Positions 26,461-37,027 are shown, counted from the first letter of the stretch. The stretch: 64,000 nt of DNA from Candidatus Zhuqueibacterota bacterium (GCA_024655945.1 JANLFK010000001.1:588116-652115); one strand, 5' to 3'. Notes: generated by a model not told the origin, from the letters alone. Program-made: numbers and translations.

Positions 26461-27536
26461 TCAGGGATGCTGCGCTAAGAACTCGGTCACTGCCGTGGCA
26501 AACTCATCTGGCGCATCGGCAAAGAGAAAGTGGCCGGCCTGCGGCATGGTGCGCGGCTCCGCATGAGGGAGCAGTTGCGCGTACGTGGCGGTGGCCGCCT
26601 CCGGCTAAATGTCCATCCCTCCGTGGAGAATGAGCGCCGGTGCGGTGACCCGCTGCAAAGCCGCGCGGTAGTCGTGCTTCTTGCCCATGCTGAGATACTT
26701 CGCCTGCACCATCCAACCGCCGTTGCCGTGGAAGCGAAGCGTGCTGGGCACCGGCATGCCCTTCGCCTTTGCGGCAGCAAGGTAGAACCTGGTGAAACGG
26801 GAGTTCAGGCCGATCATCTCCCCCTCACTGCGCGAGAAGAGGTGCTTGAAATCGAGATACTCCTTGAGGAAAGTAGCATAGTCGCTCTTCAGCTCTGCTG
26901 GCAGGAGCGCGCCCACCTCGTCCAGGAGGTTGCCCTCGCCGGGAAACACGAGGAGCTGCGCCGGTGCAATCAACACCAGGGCACGCACATGTTCGGGAAA
27001 CTCCGCCGCGTACAGGGTGGCGAGAAAGGCGCCGATGGAGTGTCCGACCAGGATCAACCTATCCACGCCCAGGATGCGACGGATGCGTTCGACGTCAGCC
27101 ACCTGCGCACCTATGCCGAGGGCCCTATCGAGGTTGAGCATGTTGCGATAGAGGCTCTTGTCGGATAGCCGATCCACTGGCCGCGTTGAGTTGCCGCAGC
27201 CGCGCTGGTGGTAATAGATAACGCGATACTGCGCCGCCAGCTGATGCAGACCAGGTGGTGGGGGAGGTAGGGATAGCCAGGGCCACCGTGCAACACCAGA
27301 ACCTGCGAGCCAGACCCTTCTTCGAAGAAGAAGAGCTTCACATTCGGCTCAACCAGCCAGAGGTTTGCGCCTGCCGTTTGCGGCGGCGGAGCCAGTGGCG
27401 CCCGCAGGTTCTTTGCCTGCCGCACCATTCCTGGTCGGTACAAAGGCTTTCCGGCGGAAACGACAAAGAGCACCCCAGCAACCACCACTACCACAAGCAC
27501 CCCCGCCAGCAGCACCAGCATTACTCTCTTGGCCAC
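26461..27536 (-). pseudogene. membrane-anchored alpha/beta hydrolase (proline iminopeptidase-like) with one frameshift and one in-frame TAG
   Basis: N-terminal part VLVLHGGPG (track ORF 27111..27536); body LAAQYRVIYYHQRGCGNS...LVGHSIGAFLA...ILHGGMDI in another frame (switch at a C5 run near 27260-27264); TAG at 26607..26605; conserved C-terminus PEAATATYAQLLPHAEPRTMPQAGHFLFADAPDEFATAVTEFLAQHP continues in frame to TGA at 26461. Confidence 0.6.
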
Positions 27537-27548
27537 GGTTTCTCCTCC

Positions 27549-29384
27549 TCAATCCACAAAGCTCCAGTTGACGCCCCAGGCAAAAAAGCGCGTGGGCATG
27601 GGATATCCCCAGGTGGTCTGGTACGCGCGCCCAAGAAGGTTTTCCATCCTCACCCAGATGACGGCGTTGTGCATGATCCGCGCCCTGGCTTCGGCGCCAG
27701 GGACGGCCACTGGTGGCAGCCTGTGCTCGCTCTCCGCGTCCCACCGCTGGCCAAGGAGCTGGCAGAAGAGTTGCGCGGTGACCTCGAGGTCGGAGTTGAA
27801 CAGGGAAAGGCCGTAACCTGCGGCCAGCCAGCCGTGCCAACTCGGCAGTTGCGGTAGGCGTTCGTCGCCAAGCACGGGGGACTGCGCCACGACCCAGCAG
27901 CGCAGGAAGGAACGCTTGACCGGCTCCCCGAAGAGGCTCGCCATCACTCCGGCCGACCGATGCCTTCCGGCCGCTTGCGTGAACAAGAGCGAGTCCCCTG
28001 AGGCTCCAAAACGCGCGTCTATCTCCCGTGCGCCGTGCCGCACAAAGCCGCCGACGTAGAACGCCGCGTGAGGGCCCTGGGACGACATGCCTGCCACCAC
28101 TCTGTGCACAGCCCACGGGCGAAGGCCCTGAGTGCCCCACACGCGCTGCCGGCCGTATCGCTCGGCAAAGCTGGGAAAAAAGACCTCGCGGCTGCCGTGC
28201 ACCTCCACCCAGGAATTTGTGCTCAGGCGCCGGACAACCTGGAGGGACGGGGCAAGAAAGAAGCGCGTATCCTGGCGCGCCATACCATCGCAAAGGAGCT
28301 GGAGGTGCCAGGACTTGCCAGGTTCGCTGCGCAAGCCGCACCGCAGGCTCCCCTCCACGTCCGTGTGGCCGGCCATAACCTCACTCTCCACCTGGGCATA
28401 GCGCACAAAGGCGCCCACGAGGCCGGCAGCCTTCTGCCCGCCCACGCTCGCCGATGACGCTAAGGTGAGGACATGGCTTTCTTCCTGCCAGCGCAGCCGC
28501 AATGGGTAGTCGTGAAACTCGCGCCGCAGGTCTGTGTGCACGATGCTTGCCGCGACGTCAACAGGGCGCCCAAGGGTGCCCCGCAGCGTGAGCGCGTGGT
28601 CTATCCTGCGATCTTTGCGCACCGGGTGGACCGCCATGCGCAGGGCGAGTTGGCGTTGGTCCGGCGTTTCCTCTGTCTGCGACTTTGTGAGGAGGGCCAC
28701 ATAGTTTGCCGAGCAGTTGTCCGCCAGTGCCGCGCTTGCGGTTGCCCTGATCCTTTGTGCATCATACTCCTGCCGCAGGGCAAAGCCCTCGAAGCCAGAG
28801 AGCAGGGCACCCGCCAACACGTCGGCCTTGGGGCTCACCTTCATGCCAAGGGCGACGTCCACGGCGTGTACGCCCCAGTCGCCGTTCTCATAGCCGACAT
28901 GGGAAAGTGGCCGCTGCCCGGTGTGACGGCGCGCTGTGCAGGAAAGCGTCCCCCCTGCCAGACCACGGGGCGTTCCCCACCCGGCAGCCGTGGCCTCGAG
29001 GCGGATCGCCGACAGCCAGTAGGTGGGAAGCATGTGCACATCAGCCGTGCCGGAGATGGGGTCGCGGAGGTCTAATCCGTCCACGAAGAGACCGGTCTCC
29101 CGCGGCGTACTCCCCAGCGCGGAAAAGGTCAGCCACTGGCCGGGTGCCCCTCTGTCGTGGAGAAAGATGAAAGGCAGCTCGGTCAGGACCTGTGCAGGCC
29201 TGGGGCGCAAGAGCGCCACCCCCTCGAGCGAGAGCGGCTGCCGCATCGGCAGGCTGTCCTGGGAAGCCACGGTCCCGGCCGCCCCACCCTGGGCTCCAGA
29301 ATCGGCAGACCACCCCAGCACCAGCAGTGTCACCAGAGCCCACAACGGCACGGTCCACATGGGCATTTGGACGCGGCTCATCAT
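27549..29384 (-). CDS. TonB-dependent receptor-like outer-membrane protein (plug + barrel)
   Basis: ATG at 29384 with AAGGGGAG upstream; signal MMSRVQMPMWTVPLWALVTLLVLGWSADSGAQ; plug-like GLFVDGLDLRDPISGTADVHMLP; C-terminus FAWGVNWSFVD. Confidence 0.65.
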   Translation of the reverse strand: MMSRVQMPMWTVPLWALVTLLVLGWSADSGAQGGAAGTVASQDSLPMRQPLSLEGVALLRPRPAQVLTELPFIFLHDRGAPGQWLTFSALGSTPRETGLFVDGLDLRDPISGTADVHMLPTYWLSAIRLEATAAGWGTPRGLAGGTLSCTARRHTGQRPLSHVGYENGDWGVHAVDVALGMKVSPKADVLAGALLSGFEGFALRQEYDAQRIRATASAALADNCSANYVALLTKSQTEETPDQRQLALRMAVHPVRKDRRIDHALTLRGTLGRPVDVAASIVHTDLRREFHDYPLRLRWQEESHVLTLASSASVGGQKAAGLVGAFVRYAQVESEVMAGHTDVEGSLRCGLRSEPGKSWHLQLLCDGMARQDTRFFLAPSLQVVRRLSTNSWVEVHGSREVFFPSFAERYGRQRVWGTQGLRPWAVHRVVAGMSSQGPHAAFYVGGFVRHGAREIDARFGASGDSLLFTQAAGRHRSAGVMASLFGEPVKRSFLRCWVVAQSPVLGDERLPQLPSWHGWLAAGYGLSLFNSDLEVTAQLFCQLLGQRWDAESEHRLPPVAVPGAEARARIMHNAVIWVRMENLLGRAYQTTWGYPMPTRFFAWGVNWSFVD

Positions 29385-30430
29385 GCGCGCTCCCCTTTTG
29401 GCGAAGTGGCAAGCTGCCCGCATGCCGCTTGGATGTCGTCCCCCTTGCTACAGCGCACGATGACCGGCGCCTTCAAGGGTGCTAGCCCCTGCCGAAATGC
29501 CTCAATGCGCGCGGCGGTCGGCCGGCGGAAGAGCTCATCGGTGGGATTGTAGGGGATGAGGTTCACCTTGCAGGGCACCTGCTTCAGCAAGTCGCGCAGA
29601 CGCTTAGCGTCCTCGGCCGAGTCGTTTACCCCTGCCAAGAGCACGTACTCGAAGGTCGGTCTGCGACCTGAGCGGCGGTGGTAGAAAATCACCGCGTTGA
29701 GGAGCTCCTGCAGCGGATAGCGCTCTGCCACCGGCATGAGCGCCCGGCGTTGTTCGTCAGTGGTGGCATTGAGGGAAATCGCCAGCTTGAAGCGGTGCCC
29801 CTCTTCGGCCAGCCTCATGATCCCGGGCACCCAGCCAGCGGTGGAAATGACGATGCGCCGATGGCCGATGGCTATGCCGCGCTCATGGCGCACAAGCTCG
29901 CAGGCAGCAATCACCTTATCATAGTTGAGCAGCGGCTCGCCCATGCCCATGAGCACCAGGTTGCTCACCTCCTCCCCGACCTCGCGCTCGACGAGCAGCA
30001 CCTGGTCAACAATCTCCCCTGCCGACAGGTTGCGACGGAAACCCAGGCGTCCGGTGGCGCAGAAACGGCACCCTAAGGCGCAACCGACCTGCGTGGAAAC
30101 ACAGAGGGTGTGGCGCCCTGCCTCGCGAATGTACACGCTTTCGATGCGCTCGCCATCGCCGAGCTCGAACAAGAACTTGCGCGTGCCTCCGTCCCGTGAG
30201 GATACCACCGCCACAATCTTCAGGAGGCCAATCTCGGCAACTTCGGCCAGGCGCAGCCGCAAAGGCTTAGAGATGTCGGTCATTTCGGCAAAGTCGCGCG
30301 CTCGCTTGTTGTAGAGCCAAGCGAACAGCTGCCGCCCGCGGAAAGGCTTCTCGCCTATGCTGGAGGCAAACTGCTCCAGCTCCTCCATGCTCATGCCGAC
30401 AAGTTGTCTCTTGCCTGGCTCAGTCTCCAT
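29381..30430 (-). CDS. rlmN: 23S rRNA (adenine2503-C2)-methyltransferase RlmN (radical SAM)
   Basis: CX3CX2C radical-SAM motif GCALGCRFCATG, LVLMGMGEPLLNYD, 349 aa; 4-bp overlap with the downstream gene. Confidence 0.9.
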   Translation of the reverse strand: METEPGKRQLVGMSMEELEQFASSIGEKPFRGRQLFAWLYNKRARDFAEMTDISKPLRLRLAEVAEIGLLKIVAVVSSRDGGTRKFLFELGDGERIESVYIREAGRHTLCVSTQVGCALGCRFCATGRLGFRRNLSAGEIVDQVLLVEREVGEEVSNLVLMGMGEPLLNYDKVIAACELVRHERGIAIGHRRIVISTAGWVPGIMRLAEEGHRFKLAISLNATTDEQRRALMPVAERYPLQELLNAVIFYHRRSGRRPTFEYVLLAGVNDSAEDAKRLRDLLKQVPCKVNLIPYNPTDELFRRPTAARIEAFRQGLAPLKAPVIVRCSKGDDIQAACGQLATSPKGERA

Positions 30431-30505
30431 CAGCAGTTCCTCTCAGTCCCGCAATTGCTCAGGGGCAAATTTACGCAAATGGCGTGGCCTGCGCAAGGAA
30501 AAACG

Positions 30506-30534
30506 TTGACAATTGCGGCGAAAAATGATAACTT
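30506..30534 (+). promoter_or_regulatory. sigma-70-like promoter upstream of the MoxR operon (TTGACA-17-TAACTT, extended TG)
   Basis: TTGACA at 30506-30511, spacer 17 nt, TGATAACTT at 30526-30534; 36 nt upstream of the ATG at 30570. Confidence 0.35.
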
Positions 30535-30569
30535 AAACGAGCCCTATGACGACATGCGAAGGAGAACCT

Positions 30570-31574
30570 ATGGCCCTTGCGCAACCCCAAAAAGGCGACT
30601 TGGAGATTGTCGAGCAGCTTAAGGAAGCGCACGACCGCATTACTAGAGAAATTGGCAAGGTCATTGTCGGTCAGCGGCAGGTCATCGACGAGCTGCTGAT
30701 TTCGTTGCTGTCGCGCGGGCACTGCCTGCTCATCGGCGTGCCCGGCTTAGCCAAGACGCTGCTCATCAGCACGCTGGCGCGGGTGCTGAACCTGTCCTTT
30801 TCGCGTATCCAGTTCACCCCGGACCTGATGCCCTCCGACATCACCGGCACCGAAGTTATTGAGGAGGACGTGAGCACGGGGCGGAAGACCTTCAAGTTCG
30901 TGCGCGGACCGGTATTTGCCAACATCGTGCTGGCCGACGAGGTGAACCGGACGCCGCCCAAGACGCAGGCGGCCCTGCTGCAAGCCATGCAGGAGCACGA
31001 GGTCTCGGTGGCCGGGCAAACCTACAAGCTCGATGAACCCTTCTTCGTGCTTGCCACCCAGAACCCCATCGAGCAAGAGGGTACCTATCCGCTGCCGGAG
31101 GCGCAGCTTGACCGGTTTATGTTCAGCCTGTGGGTCGACTATCCCGCCGCCGAGGAGGAGGAGCAGATTGTACGTTCCACCACCAGTGCCTACGCCGCGC
31201 AACTGCACAAGGTTCTGGAGGCGCAGGAAATTGTTGCCCTGCAGGACCTGGTGCGGCGCGTGCCGGTGGCCGATGCGGTGATTCACTATGCAGTCGAGCT
31301 GGTGCGCAAGACTCGCCCCAACCACGACGGCGCGCCGCAGTTTATTCGCGACTGGATTAGCTGGGGAGCGGGACCGCGCGCCTCCCAATACCTCATCCTC
31401 GGCGCCAAGACGCGCGCCATCCTGGACGGTCGGCCTACCCCGGACATTGCCGACGTGCGGGCGGTGACCCTGCCCGTGCTCCGCCATCGCCTGGTGACCA
31501 ATTTCAACGCCGAGGCCGATGGCGTAGGCACCGAGGAGATTATCCGCCGCCTTCTGGACACCACCGGAGCATGA
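30570..31574 (+). CDS. MoxR-family AAA+ ATPase
   Basis: Walker A GVPGLAKT, Walker B ADEVNR, sensor VLATQNP; ATG at 30570 with AAGGAG six nt upstream. Confidence 0.9.
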   Translation: MALAQPQKGDLEIVEQLKEAHDRITREIGKVIVGQRQVIDELLISLLSRGHCLLIGVPGLAKTLLISTLARVLNLSFSRIQFTPDLMPSDITGTEVIEEDVSTGRKTFKFVRGPVFANIVLADEVNRTPPKTQAALLQAMQEHEVSVAGQTYKLDEPFFVLATQNPIEQEGTYPLPEAQLDRFMFSLWVDYPAAEEEEQIVRSTTSAYAAQLHKVLEAQEIVALQDLVRRVPVADAVIHYAVELVRKTRPNHDGAPQFIRDWISWGAGPRASQYLILGAKTRAILDGRPTPDIADVRAVTLPVLRHRLVTNFNAEADGVGTEEIIRRLLDTTGA

Positions 31575-32488
31575 CCACGATGCCGCGCGCGGCGCAAGAC
31601 TACCGCCGATTCCTGCAGCCAGAAGTGGTGTCTAAGCTGGCGTCGATGGACCTGCGCGCCCGCCTTGTGGTGGAAGGCTTTATCGCCGGCCTGCACCGCA
31701 GCCCGTACCACGGCTTCAGCGTAGAGTTCGCCGAGTACCGCCAGTACATGCCCGGCGACGAGGTCAAGCACATCGACTGGAAGGTCTACGGCCGCACCGA
31801 CCGCTTCTACGTCAAGGAATTCGAGGAAGAGACTAACCTCAAGTGCTATCTGCTCCTGGACGCCTCTGGCTCCATGGGCTATGCCTCCGGGCCGCTCACC
31901 AAGCTGCAATACGCCAGCTACTTAGCAGCCGCCCTCACCTACCTGATGCTCCAGCAACGGGACGCTGTCGGGCTGGTGACTTTTGACCAGAAGATTCGCA
32001 CCTTTGTGCCGCCGCGCTCGGTGTCCAGCTACCTGCACGTGATTCTACGCCAGTTGGACCGGATGCGCAGCCGCAGCAGAACCAACGTGGCCGCCACACT
32101 CCATGAGTTGGCCGAGAGGATCAAGCGCCGCGGCCTCATCATCCTCTTCTCTGACCTATTCGACGAGCCCAGCGAAGTGCTGGCTGGCCTGCAGCACTTT
32201 CGCCACCGCAAACACGAGGTCATCGTCTTTCACATTCTCGACCCGCTGGAACGCACGTTTAGCTTCCGGCAGGACGGCCTTTTCAAAGACCTCGAGACGG
32301 ACGAGACCATCAGCACCCAGCCGTGGCACATCCGCGGGGAGTATCGGGCGCTGGTGGAGCAGTTCCTCGACACCTACCGCCGCGGCTGCCGCCAGCATCG
32401 CATCGACTATGTGCTGATGGACACGGCCGCCTCGTACGACCGCGCCCTCTTGCAGTACTTGCTGAAACGACAGCGCGTGGGCGGCTGA
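31571..32488 (+). CDS. DUF58 domain protein (MoxR partner, vWA-like)
   Basis: Start overlaps the MoxR stop (ATGA); motifs [25 protein letters not shown]. Confidence 0.85.
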   Translation: MTTMPRAAQDYRRFLQPEVVSKLASMDLRARLVVEGFIAGLHRSPYHGFSVEFAEYRQYMPGDEVKHIDWKVYGRTDRFYVKEFEEETNLKCYLLLDASGSMGYASGPLTKLQYASYLAAALTYLMLQQRDAVGLVTFDQKIRTFVPPRSVSSYLHVILRQLDRMRSRSRTNVAATLHELAERIKRRGLIILFSDLFDEPSEVLAGLQHFRHRKHEVIVFHILDPLERTFSFRQDGLFKDLETDETISTQPWHIRGEYRALVEQFLDTYRRGCRQHRIDYVLMDTAASYDRALLQYLLKRQRVGG

Positions 32489-32534
32489 TAGAAAACCGCA
32501 CGGCCGGGACAGTCTGCAACCGCTGGTGAAACCC

Positions 32535-35471
32535 ATGAGCAGCAAGACCGTGGACGACATCCTCAATGCATTGAATGCCGAACAACGCGAAGCGGTGACC
32601 TTCGGCGAGGGACCCCTGATGGTGGTGGCCGGTGCAGGCACTGGCAAGACGCGCGTCATCACGCATCGCATTGCCTACCTGATCGCCACCAAGCAGGCCC
32701 GTCCGGAGGAGATCTTGGCGCTCACCTTCACCGACAAGGCCGCCGCGGAGATGGAAGAGCGCGTGGACGTGCTGGTGCCCTATGGCTTTGCCAATGTGTG
32801 GATCAGCACCTTCCACTCCTTCGGCGACCACCTGCTGCGCCAATACGCCTTTGAGTTGGGTCTACCTCCCGACTTTCAAGTCCTTGCCGAAGCAGAGCAG
32901 AACATCTTCTTCTGCCAGCACCTTTTCGCCTATCCGCTGGATTTCTACCGGCCGCTGGGCAACCCGACCCGTTTCCTCTCCGCGCTCCTCTCGCTGTTCA
33001 GCCGAGCAAAGGACGAAGACGTCAGCCCTGAAGAGTATCTGGCCTACGCCGAACGGCTGCAGAGCGAGGCTGCGGCCCATCCAGAGGACGGCGAGCTTCA
33101 GGAGGAGGCGGCGCGGCAGATGGAGCTGGCGCGCACCTATGCCTGTCATCAGCGCCTGTTGGCCGAAAATGGCAAAATCGACTTTGGCGACCAGGTGAGC
33201 CTCGCCCTCAAACTGCTGCGCGAGCGTCCTGCCGTGCTACGAGAATTACGGCAGCGCTACCGGTACATCCTGGTGGATGAGTTTCAGGACACCAACTATG
33301 CGCAGTTTGTGCTCCTGCAACTTCTGGCCGGGTCGCACGGCAACATCACCGTGGTGGCCGACGATGACCAGTCCATCTACAAGTTCCGGGGTGCGGCAAT
33401 CAGCAACGTCATCAATTTCTTGCGCACCTACCCCGACGCCCGCCTGGTGGTGCTGAGGGAGAACTATCGCTCCACCCAGCAGATTCTGGATGCGGCCTAT
33501 CGCCTCATCAGCCACAACAACCCCGAGCGCCTGGAGGTGCAGCGCGGCATCAGCAAGCAGCTGCGGGCGCAGCGCGCCGGCGGGCCTGCAGTCATGCACC
33601 GCCATTTCGACAGCCTCTCCACTGAAGCAGACGCGGTGGCGAGCATCATCGAGCAGAAGATGCAGGCAGGTGGTTACTGCTATCGCGACTTTGCCATTCT
33701 CGTGCGCGCCAACAACCACGCCGATCCCTTCCTGCGCTCGCTGAACATGAAGGGCATCCCATACCAGTTCAGCGGTAGCCGTGGGCTCTACAGCCGCGAA
33801 GAGGTGCGCCTGCTGACCCACTTCTTGCGCACCCTGAGCAATCCCGACGATGTGGTGAGCCTTTTCCACTTAGCGCAATCTGAGGTGTACCAGTTCCCGC
33901 CTGTGGAGTTGGCGCGCTGCAACAGCTATGCTCATGCCAGGAACCTGTCGCTCTTCCAGGTCTTTGAGAGCCTGCCACGGCTCGCCGACCTGGTCGTCTC
34001 TCCGGAGGCGCAGGCCACCGCCGCCAAGATTGTGGAGAACACGCACAAATTCTTGGAATTTGCTCGCACGAATAACGCCGGCGTGGTGCTGTACCGATTT
34101 CTGACCGACAGCGGTCTGTTGAAACGGCTGACCAGCGCGCAGACCGTGGACGCAGAGGTGCAGCTTCTCAACATCGCGCGCTTTTTCGAGATTGTGCGCA
34201 GCTTCTGCGCCATGGCCACCGAGGACCGCGTCCAGGAGTTCGTCACGCACTTGGACGCCCTCATCGAGGCGGGCGACGACCCGCCCACCGCGCAGGCCGA
34301 CACCGACTTGGACGCCGTGAACGTGCTCACAGTGCACAAGGCCAAGGGGTTGGAGTTCCGCGCCGTGTTTCTGGTGGGACTGGTGCAGGACCATTTCCCG
34401 ACGCGCGCCAGGTCGGAGGCCCTCGCCTTGCCCAAGGAGTTGATCAAAGACATTGTGCCGGAAGGGGACGTGCACTTGCAGGAGGAGCGCCGCCTCTTCT
34501 TCGTCGGCATGACGCGCGCCAAGGAAGAGCTCTACCTCACCAGCGCACGCGACTATGGCGGCAAGCGCCCGCGCAAAATCAGCCAGTTCGTGCTGGAGGC
34601 CTTGGACACCGTGCGCGCCGACGACAGCTACGAGCGCCCATCTCCCATAGAGGTGATCCAGCGCCACGCACCAGCAGCGCAGACCACTCCCGACTTGGCC
34701 GCGCCCATCCCCGAGGACCAGCTCCTCACCATAAGCCATAGGCAGATTGACGACTACATTACCTGCCCGCTCAAGTACAAGTACATCCACGTGCTGCGCG
34801 TGCCTCTGTTGCCGCACCACACCATCGTCTACGGGCAAGCCATTCACAAGGCCATCGAGCAGTACCATCGGCGCAAGGTGGCCGGCCAGCCGGTGACCCT
34901 GCAAGACCTGCACGAGGCGTTTCGCAGCGCCTGGAGTAGCCAGGGGTTCTTGTCGCGAGAGCACGAGGAGCAACGGTTCGCCGCCGGCCTCAAGGCCCTA
35001 GAGCTCTTCTTCCACCAGGAGGAGGAAAACGGTTGCACGCCGGCCCTGGTGGAACAGGAGTTCAGCTTCATCCTGGACAACGACCGGGTAACGGGCCGCT
35101 GGGACCGAGTGGACGTTCGCGATGGGGCCGTGTACATCGTCGACTTCAAGTCGTCGGCAGTGCAGGACCAGGACAAGGCCAACGAAGAGGCAAGAAAGAG
35201 CCTGCAGCTGGGGATCTACGCCTTGGGCTATCGCGAAGTGAACGCCCGCACTCCAGATTTCATCGAGCACCGCTACGTGGAGAGCGGGATCACCGGGCGA
35301 GCTGCCGTGACCGACAAGTTGCTGGCCAAGGCCACCGAGAAGATTAAGATTGCAGCCCGCGGCATTCGGCAGCGGCACTACACCGCCCAGCCGGACGAGT
35401 ACACCTGCCCCTACTGCGCCTACAGCCAGATCTGTCCGGCCACGTCGAGCAGTTACCTCATCACCGAGTGA
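32535..35471 (+). CDS. UvrD/PcrA-family SF1 helicase fused to C-terminal Cas4/RecB-like PD-(D/E)xK nuclease with a Cys cluster
   Basis: Walker A AGAGTGKT, helicase motifs LTFT, VDEFQDT, YRST; C-terminal ITCPLKYKY ... YIVDFKSS ... CPYCAYSQICP (four Cys, Fe-S-type). Confidence 0.85.
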   Translation: MSSKTVDDILNALNAEQREAVTFGEGPLMVVAGAGTGKTRVITHRIAYLIATKQARPEEILALTFTDKAAAEMEERVDVLVPYGFANVWISTFHSFGDHLLRQYAFELGLPPDFQVLAEAEQNIFFCQHLFAYPLDFYRPLGNPTRFLSALLSLFSRAKDEDVSPEEYLAYAERLQSEAAAHPEDGELQEEAARQMELARTYACHQRLLAENGKIDFGDQVSLALKLLRERPAVLRELRQRYRYILVDEFQDTNYAQFVLLQLLAGSHGNITVVADDDQSIYKFRGAAISNVINFLRTYPDARLVVLRENYRSTQQILDAAYRLISHNNPERLEVQRGISKQLRAQRAGGPAVMHRHFDSLSTEADAVASIIEQKMQAGGYCYRDFAILVRANNHADPFLRSLNMKGIPYQFSGSRGLYSREEVRLLTHFLRTLSNPDDVVSLFHLAQSEVYQFPPVELARCNSYAHARNLSLFQVFESLPRLADLVVSPEAQATAAKIVENTHKFLEFARTNNAGVVLYRFLTDSGLLKRLTSAQTVDAEVQLLNIARFFEIVRSFCAMATEDRVQEFVTHLDALIEAGDDPPTAQADTDLDAVNVLTVHKAKGLEFRAVFLVGLVQDHFPTRARSEALALPKELIKDIVPEGDVHLQEERRLFFVGMTRAKEELYLTSARDYGGKRPRKISQFVLEALDTVRADDSYERPSPIEVIQRHAPAAQTTPDLAAPIPEDQLLTISHRQIDDYITCPLKYKYIHVLRVPLLPHHTIVYGQAIHKAIEQYHRRKVAGQPVTLQDLHEAFRSAWSSQGFLSREHEEQRFAAGLKALELFFHQEEENGCTPALVEQEFSFILDNDRVTGRWDRVDVRDGAVYIVDFKSSAVQDQDKANEEARKSLQLGIYALGYREVNARTPDFIEHRYVESGITGRAAVTDKLLAKATEKIKIAARGIRQRHYTAQPDEYTCPYCAYSQICPATSSSYLITE

Positions 35472-35476
35472 GGATC

Positions 35477-36514
35477 ATGTCCACCGCTTCCCTGCTCCTT
35501 TTTGCCGCCATGACGCTGGCCGTCATCGCCACCTTGGGCATCATGCACGCACGCCAGGAGCGGCGCTGGCGGGAATTCGAGAAGCGCCACCCGGATGCCC
35601 CCGCCTTGAGCGTCATTACCCAGTGGCTGCAGGACATGCGCGGCAGCTTAGAACGGAGCACGGCGGTCATGCAGCAGCAGATGCAGGCCACCCAGCGCAG
35701 CATCGCCGAGCGCCTGGATGCCGCGGCCCAGGCGCTGAGCATGGTGCATCACGACTTGGGGCAGATGCAAGAAATCGGCCGGCAGATGCGGGAGTTTCAG
35801 GACTTTTTCCGTTCCCCCAAGCTGCGCGGCAATATCGGCGAGCAGGTATTGCGCGAGCTACTGGAGCAGGTGCTCCCCCGCGCCTGCTTTCGCTTGCAGC
35901 ATCGCTTTGCCAACGGGCAGGTGGTGGACGCAGTCATCGTCAGCGACAAAGGGCTGATCCCCATCGACGCCAAGTTTCCGCTGGAAGACTACCGACAGAT
36001 GCGCGCTGCCCGCAGCGAAGACGAACGCGCCGTGTTTGCGCGGAACTTTGTACGCACCATCCGCCGCCACATCGACACCATCAGCGAAAAGTACATCGCC
36101 CCTGCCGAGGGGACGGTCGATTTTGCACTCATGTACGTGCCTTCCGAGGTCGTCTACTACGAGATCATCGCCGGCGACTACTCCCTGCTGGCGCATGCGC
36201 AGCAGCGGCGCGTGGTGGTGGTCTCGCCCAACAGCTTCTACCTCTTTCTCCACGTGGTGCTGATGGGCTTAGAAGGACAGCGCATCGAGGAGACTGCGCG
36301 ACGCATCCTCCAGGCCCTGGACGCGCTCCGCCACGATGCCGGACGCCTTGGCGAGGGTTTGCGCCTGCTCAATACGCACGTCAACAACGCTCGCGCCGCC
36401 CTGGAGCGGGTCAACAACGACTTTGCGCTACTCACCAGCAAGATCGAGGGAATGCGCCAGTTGCGCCCGGGGGAGGATCATGCACAAGCCAAGCTGCCTG
36501 GCGAGGGCGTGTGA
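35477..36514 (+). CDS. rmuC: DNA recombination protein RmuC
   Basis: N-terminal TM, coiled coil, RmuC-type core GLIPIDAKFPLEDY, VVVVSPNSFYLFL; ATG at 35477 six nt after the helicase stop. Confidence 0.85.
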   Translation: MSTASLLLFAAMTLAVIATLGIMHARQERRWREFEKRHPDAPALSVITQWLQDMRGSLERSTAVMQQQMQATQRSIAERLDAAAQALSMVHHDLGQMQEIGRQMREFQDFFRSPKLRGNIGEQVLRELLEQVLPRACFRLQHRFANGQVVDAVIVSDKGLIPIDAKFPLEDYRQMRAARSEDERAVFARNFVRTIRRHIDTISEKYIAPAEGTVDFALMYVPSEVVYYEIIAGDYSLLAHAQQRRVVVVSPNSFYLFLHVVLMGLEGQRIEETARRILQALDALRHDAGRLGEGLRLLNTHVNNARAALERVNNDFALLTSKIEGMRQLRPGEDHAQAKLPGEGV

Positions 36515-36564
36515 GCCGCTCCTGGACAGGGGCCGCGCGGTAGCCGGTTCACGGAAAAAGAAAA

Positions 36565-36584
36565 GCCCGTCGCTGCCGACGGGC
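36565..36584. terminator. bidirectional rho-independent terminator
   Basis: GCCCGTCG-ctgc-CGACGGGC; the minus strand follows with TTTTCTTTTTCC, the plus strand with a weaker T-rich tail; between convergent rmuC and the small secreted-protein gene. Confidence 0.55.
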
Positions 36585-36610
36585 TCATTGTTCTCGGTTG
36601 AGGATGTTGC

Positions 36611-37027
36611 TCAGCGGAACATCGCCTTGATGCTCCCCCAGGTGTGGCGGACGCTGGAAATTTGCGGCGACACCGACACCACCTTGTCGTAATACGCAAA
36701 GCTGCCGTCGAAATCGACCAGCTTCAAGCGATAGTAATAGGTGTTGCCGGTGGACTTGAAGACCGTGCGATCCTCGTAGGCATAGTCCCGCGGCGAGGAA
36801 GAATTTCCCGCCGCCTCGACGAAGACAATCGCCTGGAAGCTCTTGCCATCCAGGCCACGTTCGATTTCAAAACCCTTGAGATTGGACTCGGCAGCAGTAG
36901 TCCAGCGGAGGGTGACCTTGTTCAGCCCAGGCTCCGCCTCGAAGCGGGAGATGACCGCACCCCCCAAAAGGGCCCTTAGCGAGCCAAATGTGACCAGCAC
37001 AACTATCGCGACTCGGCTCATACCCAC
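36611..37027 (-). CDS. small secreted beta-sandwich-like protein (hypothetical)
   Basis: Signal MSRVAIVVLVTFGSLRALLGGA; beta-rich translation with Fn3-like pattern; start at GTG 37027 or ATG 37021. Confidence 0.5.
   Translation of the reverse strand: MGMSRVAIVVLVTFGSLRALLGGAVISRFEAEPGLNKVTLRWTTAAESNLKGFEIERGLDGKSFQAIVFVEAAGNSSSPRDYAYEDRTVFKSTGNTYYYRLKLVDFDGSFAYYDKVVSVSPQISSVRHTWGSIKAMFR

Noticed and set aside
26605-26607. TAG stop-codon reassignment or pyrrolysine to explain the in-frame TAGs at 26605-26607 and 11647-11649
   Set aside because: TAG is used as an ordinary terminator by at least two well-formed genes in the window (ending at 19459 and 21383); no pyl genes are visible; error or nonsense mutation is more parsimonious.
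35350-36543. 397-aa plus-strand ORF
   Set aside because: Overlaps rmuC in another frame; the translation is Arg/Pro/Ala-rich with no motifs. Shadow ORF.
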